Source: Chiloscyllium plagiosum
Taxonomy: Eukaryota
Length of the DNA: 64,000 nt
Assembly (NCBI RefSeq): GCF_004010195.1
Contig: NC_057718.1
Location: forward strand, 72,407,018 to 72,471,017
Direction: 5' to 3'
The notes below the pieces were generated by a model. That model was not told where the DNA came from. It did not search any database and worked only from the letters and a program-made list of their open reading frames with translations. A program made the position numbers and the translations under genes. Below, in pieces: positions 13,625 to 25,110 of this stretch (the first letter of the stretch is position 1; each line of letters starts with the position of its first letter).

Positions 13625-14510
13625 TAGACAATAGGTGCAGGAGTAGGCCATTCTGCCCTTCGAGCCAGCACCTCCATTCATTATGATCATGGTTGATCAT
13701 CCTCAATCAGTATCCTGTTCCTGCCTTATCCCCATAACCCTTGATTCCACTATCCTTACTCTATCCAACTCTTTCTTGAAAGTATCCAGAGACTTGGCCT
13801 CCACAGCCTTCTGGGGCAGAGCATTCCATACACCCACCACTCTCTGGGTGAAGAAGTTTCTCCTCAACTCTGTTCTAAGTGGCCTACCCCTTATTTTTAA
13901 ACTGTGTCCTCTGGTTTGGGACTCACCCATCAGCAGAAACATGCTTCCTGCCTCCAGAGTGTCCAATCCTTTAATAACCTTATATGTCTCAATCAGATCC
14001 CCCTCAGCCTTTTAAACTCAGGCGTATACAAGCCCAGTCGCTCCAATCTTTCAACGTAAGATAGTTCCGCCATTCCGGGATTTGACCTCATGAACCTACG
14101 CTGCACTCCCTCAATAGCCAGAATGTCTTTCCATATTTGGAGACCAAAACTGCGCACAGTATTCCACGTGCGGTCTCACCAGGGCCCTGTACAACTGCAG
14201 AGTGACCTCTTTGCTTATGTACTCAATTCCTCTTGTTGTGAAGGCCAGCATGCTATTAGCTTTCTTCACTGCCTGCTGTACCTGCATGCTTGCTTTTATT
14301 GACTGATGTACAAGAACACCTAGATCTCGTTGTACTGCCCCTTTACCTAACTTGACTCCATTTAGGGTAGTAATCTGCCTTCCTGTTCTTGCCACCAAAG
14401 TGGATAACCACACATTTATCCACATTAAACTGCATCTGCCATGCATCTGTCCACTCATTTAGCCTGTCCAGGTCACCCTGTATTCTCCTAACATCCTCCT
14501 CATATTTCCT
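13625..14510 (-). mobile_element. CR1-type LINE 3' end
   Basis: LYRALVRPHVEYCAQFWSP and TRGHSLK..RNFFTQRVVGVWNALP in minus-strand ORFs. Confidence 0.92.
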
Positions 14511-15997
14511 TTAATATTAGCTGTCAGTCTAGTCTCATCCACTTTTATTCCTCATTTCTGTTTTCCCTTCTGTTTTAATTGGTTTATTCTGTTGGTTTTC
14601 CATTTGGATGTCAACATAACATCTGTAATAAAAAAGCAAAATACTGCAGATGCTAGAAATCTGAAATTAAAACCAAGTGCTGGAGAAACTCAGCAGGTCC
14701 AATAGCATCTGTGGAGCAAAAAAGAGTTAATGTTTGGAATTCCTTCACATTTTGTTTTTATTCACATTTGTCTTATGTTACCTTTACCTGCTCTAATTTG
14801 CTATCTCTTTCATCATTATCTGATTATAATTGCCCGACCTTTCTTCCTCATAGGAAGATACCAAGACTGTATACAAACCAACAACTCATTAAAGGCATTG
14901 TTAGTTACTTTTCCCTGCCAATCTTTGATTCCAGTTTACCCTTGACAGATGATCTCCAAATAAGTATTTCACTCTAGATTATTCCATGTTCTTCTTCATA
15001 ACAAAAGCTCTCAATCTTATAAACATTGCACTTTAAAGGTCCTCCACCTAACATTGAATCCACATTACTCATTTCTGAAACCAGATCCATATCCCCTTTC
15101 CCCCTTAGACTAGAAACATAATAATCAAGAAACTTAAACTGAACATTGTGGAGACATTTTCCCCTCTCTGCTCTTAATAGTATCATCATCCTTGTCTATG
15201 CTAAGGACAAGTGAGGCCCTTCATTAACACAATTCCTGTACCCCTCTGTAAATTTCACCTCCTATTCTTTCCCACTTATTAACAGCACTTATAATACAGC
15301 CATTAATGCAATGGCACTGAGCCTGTCGATCACCCCTGCCCTGAGTGAGCCCAGTCTCCTCAGGTGCGTGTCTTCTCTCCATCCCTCCCGCGTGCACGCG
15401 CACGCAGCAATTGCATTGGGAATACCCCTGTCAGGACCTTCAGCTGTTAATGTCTAACCCTAGTGGTTGTGACCAAATGCATATGTATCTGCAACTGAGC
15501 ATGGAAATGCACATATGCCCCACGATAGCCGAGCCTTGAAGTACCTGTGCATCCACTCAAACCAGATAATAAAATGACACCTCTGATGATCTCTTACCTG
15601 AATATCATATGATGTACCATGCATAAAGTTACATGCATGAGATTAGATTAGATTAGATTACTTACAGTGTAGAAACAGGCCCTTCGGCCCAACAAGTCCA
15701 CACCGACCCGCCGAAGCACAACCCACCCAGACCCCTACATTTACCCCTTACCTGACACAAGAATCTGAACCTTGTTTGAACCTGTGATAAATTTACCTTT
15801 GTTGCACTTTAATCTATAAGCAATTAATAAATATGCCTCATTGTCTGACTAATAATGGTGTGAGTTGTCAAAAGCCTTAAATGATTTAAACATAGCATAT
15901 CTTCCTGCTGGGTGTTACACATAAAATTGACCATACAGCACACATTTGTGCGTGGATGTTCAGAAGCTATAATTTTGTTCTCTGTCTTTTATTTCAG

Positions 15998-16065
15998 GCC
16001 TAGTAGTCTAAATCTTGTTCAAGCTGTTATTGATGGAGTGAGCATCTTAGATGGAACTTACCAAG
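15998..16065 (+). CDS. PGM3: PGM3 coding exon (PSSLNLVQAVIDGVSILDGTYQ), 68 nt
   Basis: tttcAG acceptor and AAG|GTATGT donor; phases fit both neighbouring exons; not in the ORF track. Confidence 0.95.
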
Positions 16066-16249
16066 GTATGTGCCAAACCTAGTTTTGCAACTTTATCTTT
16101 TGAATGTGATCTTGTGATCTTGTAATCTGTATTTACTTATTTCAAAACTTGAATATTTTATACTTTACATTTTGCATCCTATTGAGAATGTCTCCCCACT
16201 GGATAGTAATTTGACTATCAGCTGCATATAACATTAACACATTAAAAGG

Positions 16250-16730
16250 TGGGTTCAATTCCCGCCTCAGGCGACTGACTGTGTGGAGTTTGCACGTTCT
16301 CCCCGTGTCTGCGTGGGTTTCCTCCGGGTGCTCCGGTTTCCTTCCACAGTCACAAAGATGTGCGGGTCAGGTGAATTGGCCATGCTAAATTGCCCGTAAT
16401 GTTAGGTTAAAGGGGTAAATGTAGGGGTATGGGTGGGTTGCGCTTCGGCGGGTCGGTGTGAACTTGTTGGGCTGAAGGGCCTGTTTCCACACTGTAAGTA
16501 ATCTAATCTAATCTACCCCTGCACCTAACACTACAGGCAATTTAGCATGGCCAATTCACCTAACCTGCACATTTTTGGACTGTGGGAGGAAACCGGAGCA
16601 ACCGGAAACCCACGCAGACACGGGGAGAATGTGCAAACTCCATATGGACAGTTGCCTGAGGCAAGAATTGAACCCAGGTCTCTGGCGCTGAGAGGCAACA
16701 GTGCTAACCACTATGCCACCGTGCCGCCCC
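16250..16730. mobile_element. Tail-to-tail pair of HE1-type SINEs (about 16250-16515 on +, about 16515-16730 on -)
   Basis: Both match the SINE consensus; (TAATC)n tail at the junction. Confidence 0.85.
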
Positions 16731-18822
16731 ATGTCTTATGCATGGGCTCAGTAGGTGTTTCTTTCTCTGTTGATGGTGGACTGTTGTCAGTGATATGAAA
16801 ACCAGATTGTGTCCTTGAATCTATTCTAACTAATTTTGATGGAGGGTGCAGGTCCATATTCTGAAGTTGAACAAGCTTTATCCTCAAAAGTGGTAAGGTG
16901 GTTCACACAATGACTCATTGGTTATCACTATTACTTCTGTGCCAGGGACCCAGGTTCAGTTCCAGTATTGGATGATTATATGTATGGAGTTTGCAAGTTC
17001 TTCCTACATCTGTGAGGGTTTCCATATGTGCTCTGGTTTCTTCCCACAGTGAAAAGGTGTACAGATTGGATTGGCTGTGTTAAATTGACCTGTACTGTCC
17101 AGAGACGTGCGACCAGGTGGGTTAGTATACAGGGTTGCAAAACTAAGGTAAGGGTTGATCTTCAGAGGGTTGACATAGACCCAATTGGCTAAATGGCTTC
17201 TTTCCATTCTGTAGGGATTTTATAATCCTGGATGGAGGGCTCAGGCTGTGATTTCTTGTATTGGGCCCATCGCTGGATGGCACTAGAATCTGCAGAAGAG
17301 AAAAATTAATTGATGAAGATACAGAATAGCTTGTGCAGACCAATATCATTCAATATGTTCTGGCTTATTCATGCCTTCCTGTCATCTAATGGATGATCCT
17401 GGTCTTTTCCATTCAGCTTGATGACCCTTTTTTCTGCCCAACCAGGCTTGGCCTTGTAATGGTTGTATGCCAGCTTTGTAAAAATTAAAATATTGGTCAT
17501 AGAATATGGGTGTTGCTGGCTAGGCCAGCATTTAGTGTCCATCTCGAACAGCCTAGATCCACATGTCTGTCAGACCTTTTGTAAGGATGGAAGATTGCCC
17601 TTTCCAAAGGACGAGTTTGGATTTGACAGTGATGGACATGGTGGCATGCACTAAAATTAAGGAACAATACAACACAGGTGCAGCCCCTTCGGCCCATCAA
17701 AATGGAACATGATACTTTCCTAAGCTACAAACCTTTTGCCTTTATGCTCTCTGTATCCCTCCATTTCCTGCGTATTCATGTATGTGTCAAAATGCCTCCT
17801 AAATGTTGCTATTGTATCTGTCTCCACCAACACCTCTGGCACTCTAGGCATGTACCATCCTCTTTAAAGAAAGAACCTGTCTCCCCTCTCCTTTGAACTT
17901 AACCCCTTTTATCTTGACCTCTAGTAATTGACATTGGTACCCTGAAGGAAAAGAACTGGCAATCCATTCTTTCTATGTCTCTTCATCATTTTGTAAGCTT
18001 CTATTAGGTCACCCCTTATGCTTCGATGTTCAAATGAAAACAAACCAAAGTTTGTCCACTTTCTTCTTATAGCTAACGTCCTCTAAACCATGCAACATCT
18101 TGGTAAACCATTTCTGTACCCTTTCAAAACCCTTCACATCCCATCTGGTAATATGGCAACCAGAACTATATGCAAAATTCGAAAATGTGGCAAAATGGAA
18201 GTTCTATTCAGCTGCAACATGATGTGCCAATTTTTATATTCTGTGCCCCGACTGGCAAACATGCCGTATGCCTTCTTGGCCACCTTATCCACTATGTCGC
18301 CGCTTTCAGGGGATTGTGAACCTGTACACCTAGATCCAACTGTATTTGTATACCTCCCTCTTGCATTAGATCTTCTAAAATGAATGACCTTGCATTTGTC
18401 TGGATTAAACTCTGTATTTCTCCATCCAAAGCTCCATATCTATATCTTGCTGTAATCCTCTGGAAATTCTCCTCATTATATTTGGCTCCCATAATCTGTG
18501 TATAGTCCACAAACTTAACAAAGAGATAACCACCTTCTCCTCCAAATCAGCTACATGTTACAAACAACAGGTCCCAACACTGATCTCTGCAGAACACCAT
18601 TGGTCACAGATCTCCAATCTGAAAACCACCTTTCCACCGCTAATTTGACTGTCAATTCTGTATCCATCTTACCAGCTCACTGAGATCCCATGTGACTTCA
18701 CCTTTTTGTATCAGCCTGCCATGCCAAAGGCCTTGCTAAAGTCCAAATAAACAATATCTTCTGCCCTGCCCTCAATCACCTTTGCACTTCCTGAAAAAGC
18801 TCAATCAAGTGAGAGACACAAC

Positions 18823-19581
18823 TGTTATGCAGTTGAAGGCGTGTACTGTACCTTTAAGAGAGAGCGAATGCTGTTCTGAACTGAGAACATTGGTATGACT
18901 GGGTGGCAGTCTCAGAATGTACTGGAAAATTGTAAGTATGTAACATTTGGCTGTGAAATGGATACCTGAGTTGGTTGCTATTTTGACAACAATTCAAATT
19001 TAACCAATCAGTTTAAATTATGTCCCAGGATACTAAAATTCAATCAAGTTTGAATTTATTATTTTGCCAACATTGAACCAAAGAGACAATCCGATGTTGG
19101 GGATATAAAAGTGCAGGCATTTTGAAAATTGGAGAGACAGCAACTGCTATCGAGAGAGATCCAAAAAATTAGAAAACACTCTATCAAAGGTACAGTTTCA
19201 TATGAAACATATTCACAGTAAAAAGAAAGAAAACGACCCAAGAGATCCTCAGTTTGAAGCAGAGAGATACCGAAGATGACAACCGCTGTGTGGTTTTGAA
19301 ATTAAGTTGATGTAATTTTAATAGGCGTCTTATTGGAAGAGCTTATTGTTATAGAGTTGGAAGCAGATAATAAGCAGTTAAGAGGAAGGAGGGCTTAGAG
19401 TTGTATGAATAGTTGTTGTTTAATGTTCACTTTTAGAGTTTAAGAATAAATTGATACTTTTTTTTAAATAGTGGAACTTGGGAGTTCTCTATCACTCATA
19501 TTTTAACAGATTACAAGGCAAGATGAGCTTTTCTGGGTGTTTGGTTTAATTAACAAAAGGATTCATTGTCGTGTTGTAACA
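18823..19581. mobile_element. Solo LTR, 759 bp
   Basis: TGTTA...TAACA termini; 4-bp TSD CAAC at 18819-18822 and 19582-19585. Confidence 0.85.
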
Positions 19582-19887
19582 CAACCTTCCTTGCACAAAG
19601 CCATGCTGCGTATCCTTATAAGTCCATAATTTTCCAAATGTGAGCAAATCTTATCCCTGAGAATCTATACTTTCCCTTTTACCAATGTAAGGTTCACCAG
19701 CTTATTACCCCCTGTATTACCCCCATTGCCATTCTTTATCAAAGGATCAACATGGGCTATTTTCCAGTCCTCTGGGACCTCTCCTGTGACTAAAAAGAGT
19801 ACTAATATTTTGTACAAGGCCCCAGCAATTTCATCACCTGCTTCCCTCAGCATTCCTGGAGAGATACCATCAAGTGTCATAGATGTA

Positions 19888-20226
19888 ATAGAATTCCTAC
19901 AGTGTAGAAACAGGCCCTTCGGCCCAACAAGTCCACACCAACCCTCGGAAGGATAAACCACCCAGACCCATTTCCCTACTACTCTACATTTACCTCAGAC
20001 TAATGCACCTAACTTACACATTCCTGAACACTATGGGCAATTTAGCATAGCCAATTCACCTAACTTGCACATCTTTGGATTGTGGGAAGAAAATGGAGCA
20101 CCTGGAGGAAACATATGCAGACACTGTGTGGAGTTTGCACATTCTCCCAGTCGCCTGAGGCTGGAATCGAACCTTGGTCCCTGGCAACAGCTGTGAGGCA
20201 ACGATGCTAACCACTGAGCCACCGTC
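19888..20226 (-). mobile_element. HE1-type SINE
   Basis: Reverse complement of the SINE consensus. Confidence 0.85.
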
Positions 20227-20325
20227 CATCCATCCTGGGGATTTGTCTACCTTAATGGTTTTCAAAATACCTAATACCACCTTTTTTTAAATCTTGACAT
20301 ACCTTTCCCAACACTCACTATCCAC

Positions 20326-20893
20326 ATAGTGGCAAATGGAGTTCAATGTAGCTAAGTGTGAGGTGATTCACTTTGGTAAGAGTAACAAAAAGATGGGATA
20401 CTGGGCTAATGGTCGGATACTTGGTAGTGTGGATGAGCAGAGGGATATTGGTGTCCATGTACACAGATCTTTGAAAGTTGCCACCCAGGTAAATAGTGCG
20501 GTGAAGAAGGCATATGGCGTACTGGCTTTTATTGGGAGAGGAATTGAGTTCCGGAATACTGAGGTCATGTTGCAGTTGTATAAGACACTGGTNNNNNNNN
20601 NNNNNNNNNNNNNNNNNNNNNNNNNNNNNNNNNNNNNNNNNNNNNNNNNNNNNNNNNNNNNNNNNNNNNNNNNNNNNNNNNNNNNNNNNNNNNTCTTTAC
20701 TCAGCGAGTCGTGAGTTCATGGAATGCCCTGCCAGTAGCAGTGGTGGACTCTCCCTCATTATGGGCATTTAAGTGGGCATTGGATAGGCATTTGGAGGAT
20801 AGTGGGCTAGTGTAGGTTAGGTGGGCTTGGATCGGCGCAACATCGAGGGCCGAAGGGCCTGTACTGCGCTGTATTCTTCTATGTTCTATGTTC
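20326..20893 (+). mobile_element. Young 5'-truncated CR1-type LINE 3' end
   Basis: Open frame MEFNVAKCEVIHFG...FTQRVVSSWNALP (contains an N gap); (TTCTATG)n tail. Confidence 0.9.
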
Positions 20894-22408
20894 TATCTAT
20901 GTCCTTCTCTTTTGTGAATACTGATATAAAGTATTCCTCTTGCTCTGTGCTTAAATTCTGTCCTTTGTCCTTGAGTGGCCCTACCCTGACATTTCTTGAC
21001 CCTTTTAGCCCTCCTAATTTCCCATTTTTGAGTTCTTCCCTGCTCTCTTTTAATCTTTGCGGGCTCTGTCTTCAGTATCCTAAATCTTATGTATGCCTCC
21101 TTTTCTCTTTTTAACTAAGCTCTCAATTTCCTCTGTCATCTAAGGTTCCTAAATCATTCATTTTCACAGGAAGTTGCTATTCCTGAACTCAATCAACTGG
21201 CCTTAAAAGTTCGACATAACAGATGTAGATTTACTCTCAAACAGATGCTCCAATCTATATTCCCAGCCTTATATAGTCGTAGTTACCTTCCCGCAGTTTA
21301 ATAGTTTCACCCGAGAACTACTCTTAACCGTTTCCCTGATTCCAGGTCTAGTATGGCCCCTCAACTATTTGGACAGGTTACATATTGTTTCAAAACCTGA
21401 CCTGTACACACTTAACAAATTTCCCACTATCCAAGCGCCTGGCGCTAAACTTGTCCCAATCAGTGTACGGGAAGTTAAAATTATACCCATCACAACAACC
21501 CTGATATCTCAACAGTATTCCTGAGATCTATCCAAATGGCCTCACTGGGTGAACCTTCCAAGGTATCCTCCCTCCGTACAGCTGTGATATTCTCCTTGTC
21601 AATAATGCAACACCCTCTTCCCCAATACCCTTTTAGTCCCTTGCTATCTTACTCAAAATATTTAAATCCTGGAATGTTAAGATGCCAGTCTTGTTCCTTT
21701 TTCAAACAAATCTCTGTAATAGCTATGACATAATAGTTATATGTATTAACCACGGTGTAAGTTCATCTGCCAGAATAGTCATACTTCTTGCATTGAAACA
21801 AATGTATCTCAGACCACCATTTTTGCATGAAATAACTCCACAGAGGCCGGTTTCTCTTTATTTACACATAGAGGGTCCTGGACACTGATCCAGCTTCCTT
21901 ATAGCCAGCTCTAAGTAAACATAACCTCTGACATTCCTGTTTATAGGGCTCTCAGATTAACAGCCCCAATCAGGAATCTCATCCTAGGAAGCCCATCTAG
22001 CTGACCTTGTAGCAGTCACTACATCCCTCCTCCTCTGTGTCCAAACACATAGGCTAATTTCCTTTTGTAGCTCGTCCTGTGGCATTTGCAGCACTGGGTC
22101 AGGATCCTCCAATTCTGTCTCTGATGTGGGAGGCACGTAATGTAGCTTGCCTCTTGCACCCAAAAGAAATTCATTCTCCTCTTCAGGTGGCAAAAGTGTT
22201 GAGGCAGTGACATCTGCCATGTCGACCTTGCTTCCTAAGTATCTTCAATGCTAGATGGAGAGGTAGAACTCATGGATTCTGGAACATTTGGAAAGGCAGT
22301 CAAGGAGCCAGCACATTTTACTCCTGCACAGTTTGTGAATTTGCAGCTTTCATATGATCCATGTGCTTTCTTAGGACTGTCACAACTACCCGAACTTTAT
22401 CTGTCACT

Positions 22409-24345
22409 AGGTTGCACAGTATGGTGCTGGAAAAGAACAGCAAGTCAGACAGCATCTGAGGAGCAGGAGAATCGATGTTTCAGGCATAAGCCCTTTATCA
22501 GGAATGGGGATGGCGTGGGAAGAAGGGGCTGAGAGATAAGTAGAAGAGTGTGGGTAGGAGTGGGGCTAGGGCAAGGTAGCTGGGAAGACACTGGGTAAAT
22601 GGAAGTGGGGGGGGGGTGATGATAAATCGAAGGGGAGGGTGGAGTGGATAGGTGGGAAGGAAGATGGACAGGTAGGACAGTTCAAGAGGGCAGTGCTGAG
22701 TTGGAGGATTGGATCTGGGATGAGGTGGGGGGAGGGGAGATGAGGAAACTGGCAAAATTGACATTGATGCCGTGTGGTTGGAGGGTCCTAAGAGGGAAGA
22801 CGAAGCGTTCTTCTTCCAGGCATCGGGTGGCTCTGATTTGATGGTGGAGGAAGATTTGCATATCCTTGGCGAAGTAGGAGGTGGTGTTCCCCACCTTTTC
22901 CTCTGCGGCATTGGTGACTCTATCAGTGCCACCTTGTGCTCCCATGAGGAGGCTGAACACTTCATCAACCTCTCGAGCACCTTCCACCTTGACATCCAGT
23001 TCACCTGGACTATCTCAAACACCTTCCATCCCTTCCCAGACCTCTCTATCTCCAGCGACCGACTCAACACGGACATCTACTTCAAACCCACTGACTCCCA
23101 CAGCTACCTGGACTACACCTCTTCCCACCCTGTCTCCTGACAAAATGCTATCGCTTACCCCCAATTCCTCTGCCTCCATGGTATCTGCCCCCAGGAGGAA
23201 CAGTTCTATTCCAGGACATCCTATATGGCCTCCTATTTAAACGGCCACTATTTCCCTTCCTCACGTGGTCAACAATGCCCTCCTGTACATCTCCACTTCC
23301 CACACCTCCGCCCTTGAACTCCACCCCTCCCAACTGCATCGAGGATAGAACCCCTGTGGTCCTCACCTTCCACCCCAATAATCTCTGGATACAATGCATT
23401 ATCCTCTACCATTTCCACCACCTACAATCAGACACCACCACCAGACCTATATTTCCCTCTCCACCTCTATCAGCATTCTGCAGAGACCCATGTCCTCTGC
23501 GACTCCCTTGTTAGGTCCATGCTCCCCATCAACTCGCTCCCCATCAACTCACTCTCCACTCCTGGCACCTTCCTTTGCCATCGCCATGCACCCACATGTC
23601 TCCCATCACCTCCATCCAGGGCCCCAAAGGATCATTCCAGATCTGGCAGGGATTTTCCTGCACATCCAAATACCTCCATCTGTTATGCTGTCGATGTGGT
23701 TTCCTCTACATTGGGCAGACAGGACGCCAACTAATGGAATGTTTCAGGTAACATCTCTGGGACATGCACCAAACAACTCCACCGCCCTGTGGCCGAACAC
23801 TTCAACTCCCCCTTCTATTCTGCCAATGACATGCAAGTTCTGGGCTGCCTCCACCACCAAATCCAAGCCACTTGATGGCTGGAGGAAGAACATCTCCTCT
23901 TCTGCCTTGGAACCCTCTAACCACATGTCATCAATGTTGATTTCACCTGTTTCCTCAACTCCCCTCTCTCCACCTCTTTCCTGAAGAAGGGCTCATGCCC
24001 GAAACATCGATTCTCCTGTTCCTTGGATGCTGCCTGACCTGCTGTGCTTTTCCAGCAACACATTTTCAGCTCTCTCCACCTCATCTCAGATCCACCTGTC
24101 CCATCTTCCTTCCGACCCATCCGCTCCACCCCTCTGACCTATCACAATCACCCCCCACCTGCATCTACCTATCGCCTTCCCACCCCTCCTAATTATCTCT
24201 AAACCCCCACCCCCTAATTCCTGATGAACGTCTTATGCCTGAAAAGTTGATTCTCCTGCTCCTCAGATGTTGCCTAACATGCTGTGCTCTTCCAATGCCA
24301 CACTTTTCTCTCTGATCTCCAGCATGATCAGTCCTCACTTTCTCT
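22409..24345. mobile_element. Penelope-like element with an inverted left arm and tandem terminal repeats, inserted in the Gypsy integrase C-terminus
   Basis: RT C-terminus FTWTIS..TDIYFKPTDSHSYLDYTSSHP; LYIGQTGRQL GIY-YIG remnant near 23704; hammerhead remnants near 22471-22505 (-), 23978 (+) and 24218 (+); TSD tttat(c/a)tgtcact at 22396-22408 and 24346-24358. Confidence 0.85.
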
Positions 24346-25110
24346 TTTATATGTCACTGGATTTGATTTTGTGTCAATCATGCATCTTACCCATGCAGGG
24401 CCATTCCCGTGATTTCTACACCAAACTTCGATCCCTGAAGTAAACTATCTCTCTCGTTAAGCAGAGTCTTGTGTCTGGTATTGGTGCTCCTGATGCCATT
24501 TCACCCAGCCCAAGGTCTGGGAAGATCAAATTTAATCTGCTCTGGAGTCTTTTCCCCAGTATCAACTCTGCTGGAGCTGACCCTGTAGTTGCATGAGGAG
24601 TGGTCCTATAATCAAGTGAGAACAGGGACAATTTGATATCCAGTGAAGCTGTAGGTTGTTCCTTTACACCTGCCTTCAAAGTTTGGACTGCTCTTTCTGC
24701 CAGACCATTGGATGGTGGATGGTATGGAGCTGTCCTTAGATGACAAATACAATGTAACTTTTGAAAATATTTAAATTCCCTGCTAGTAAATGAAGGTCCA
24801 TATCTGTCTGGGAGTCTATGTATTGCAGAAGATGTGTGCAGTTTTTCTATCATCATCCCCTTGTTTGACAAATGAACTGTATACAGTCATTTTGAGCGGG
24901 CATCCACAATGATTAAGAACATTGAGTCTGTGAAAGGACCTGCACAGTCAATGTGTAACTGAGTTCAGGCTTTCCCCAACCTTTCCCACGAATGTGGGGA
25001 TTCTGCTGGGATAACGTTTGTTCTTGTTAGCACTCCGGGCATTATCCTTTAAATAAAGGGTATATTTAAATAAAGCTCTGAGTGAACAGAACCTCTCACA
25101 CTCCTGTTTA

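Larger units (their letters stand above)
17660..21827 (-). mobile_element. Long decayed CR1-type LINE hosting a solo LTR, a SINE and a younger CR1
   Basis: TGEVPEDWKIAHV and KTIKVDKSPG remnants; sequence is collinear across the insertions. Confidence 0.8.
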
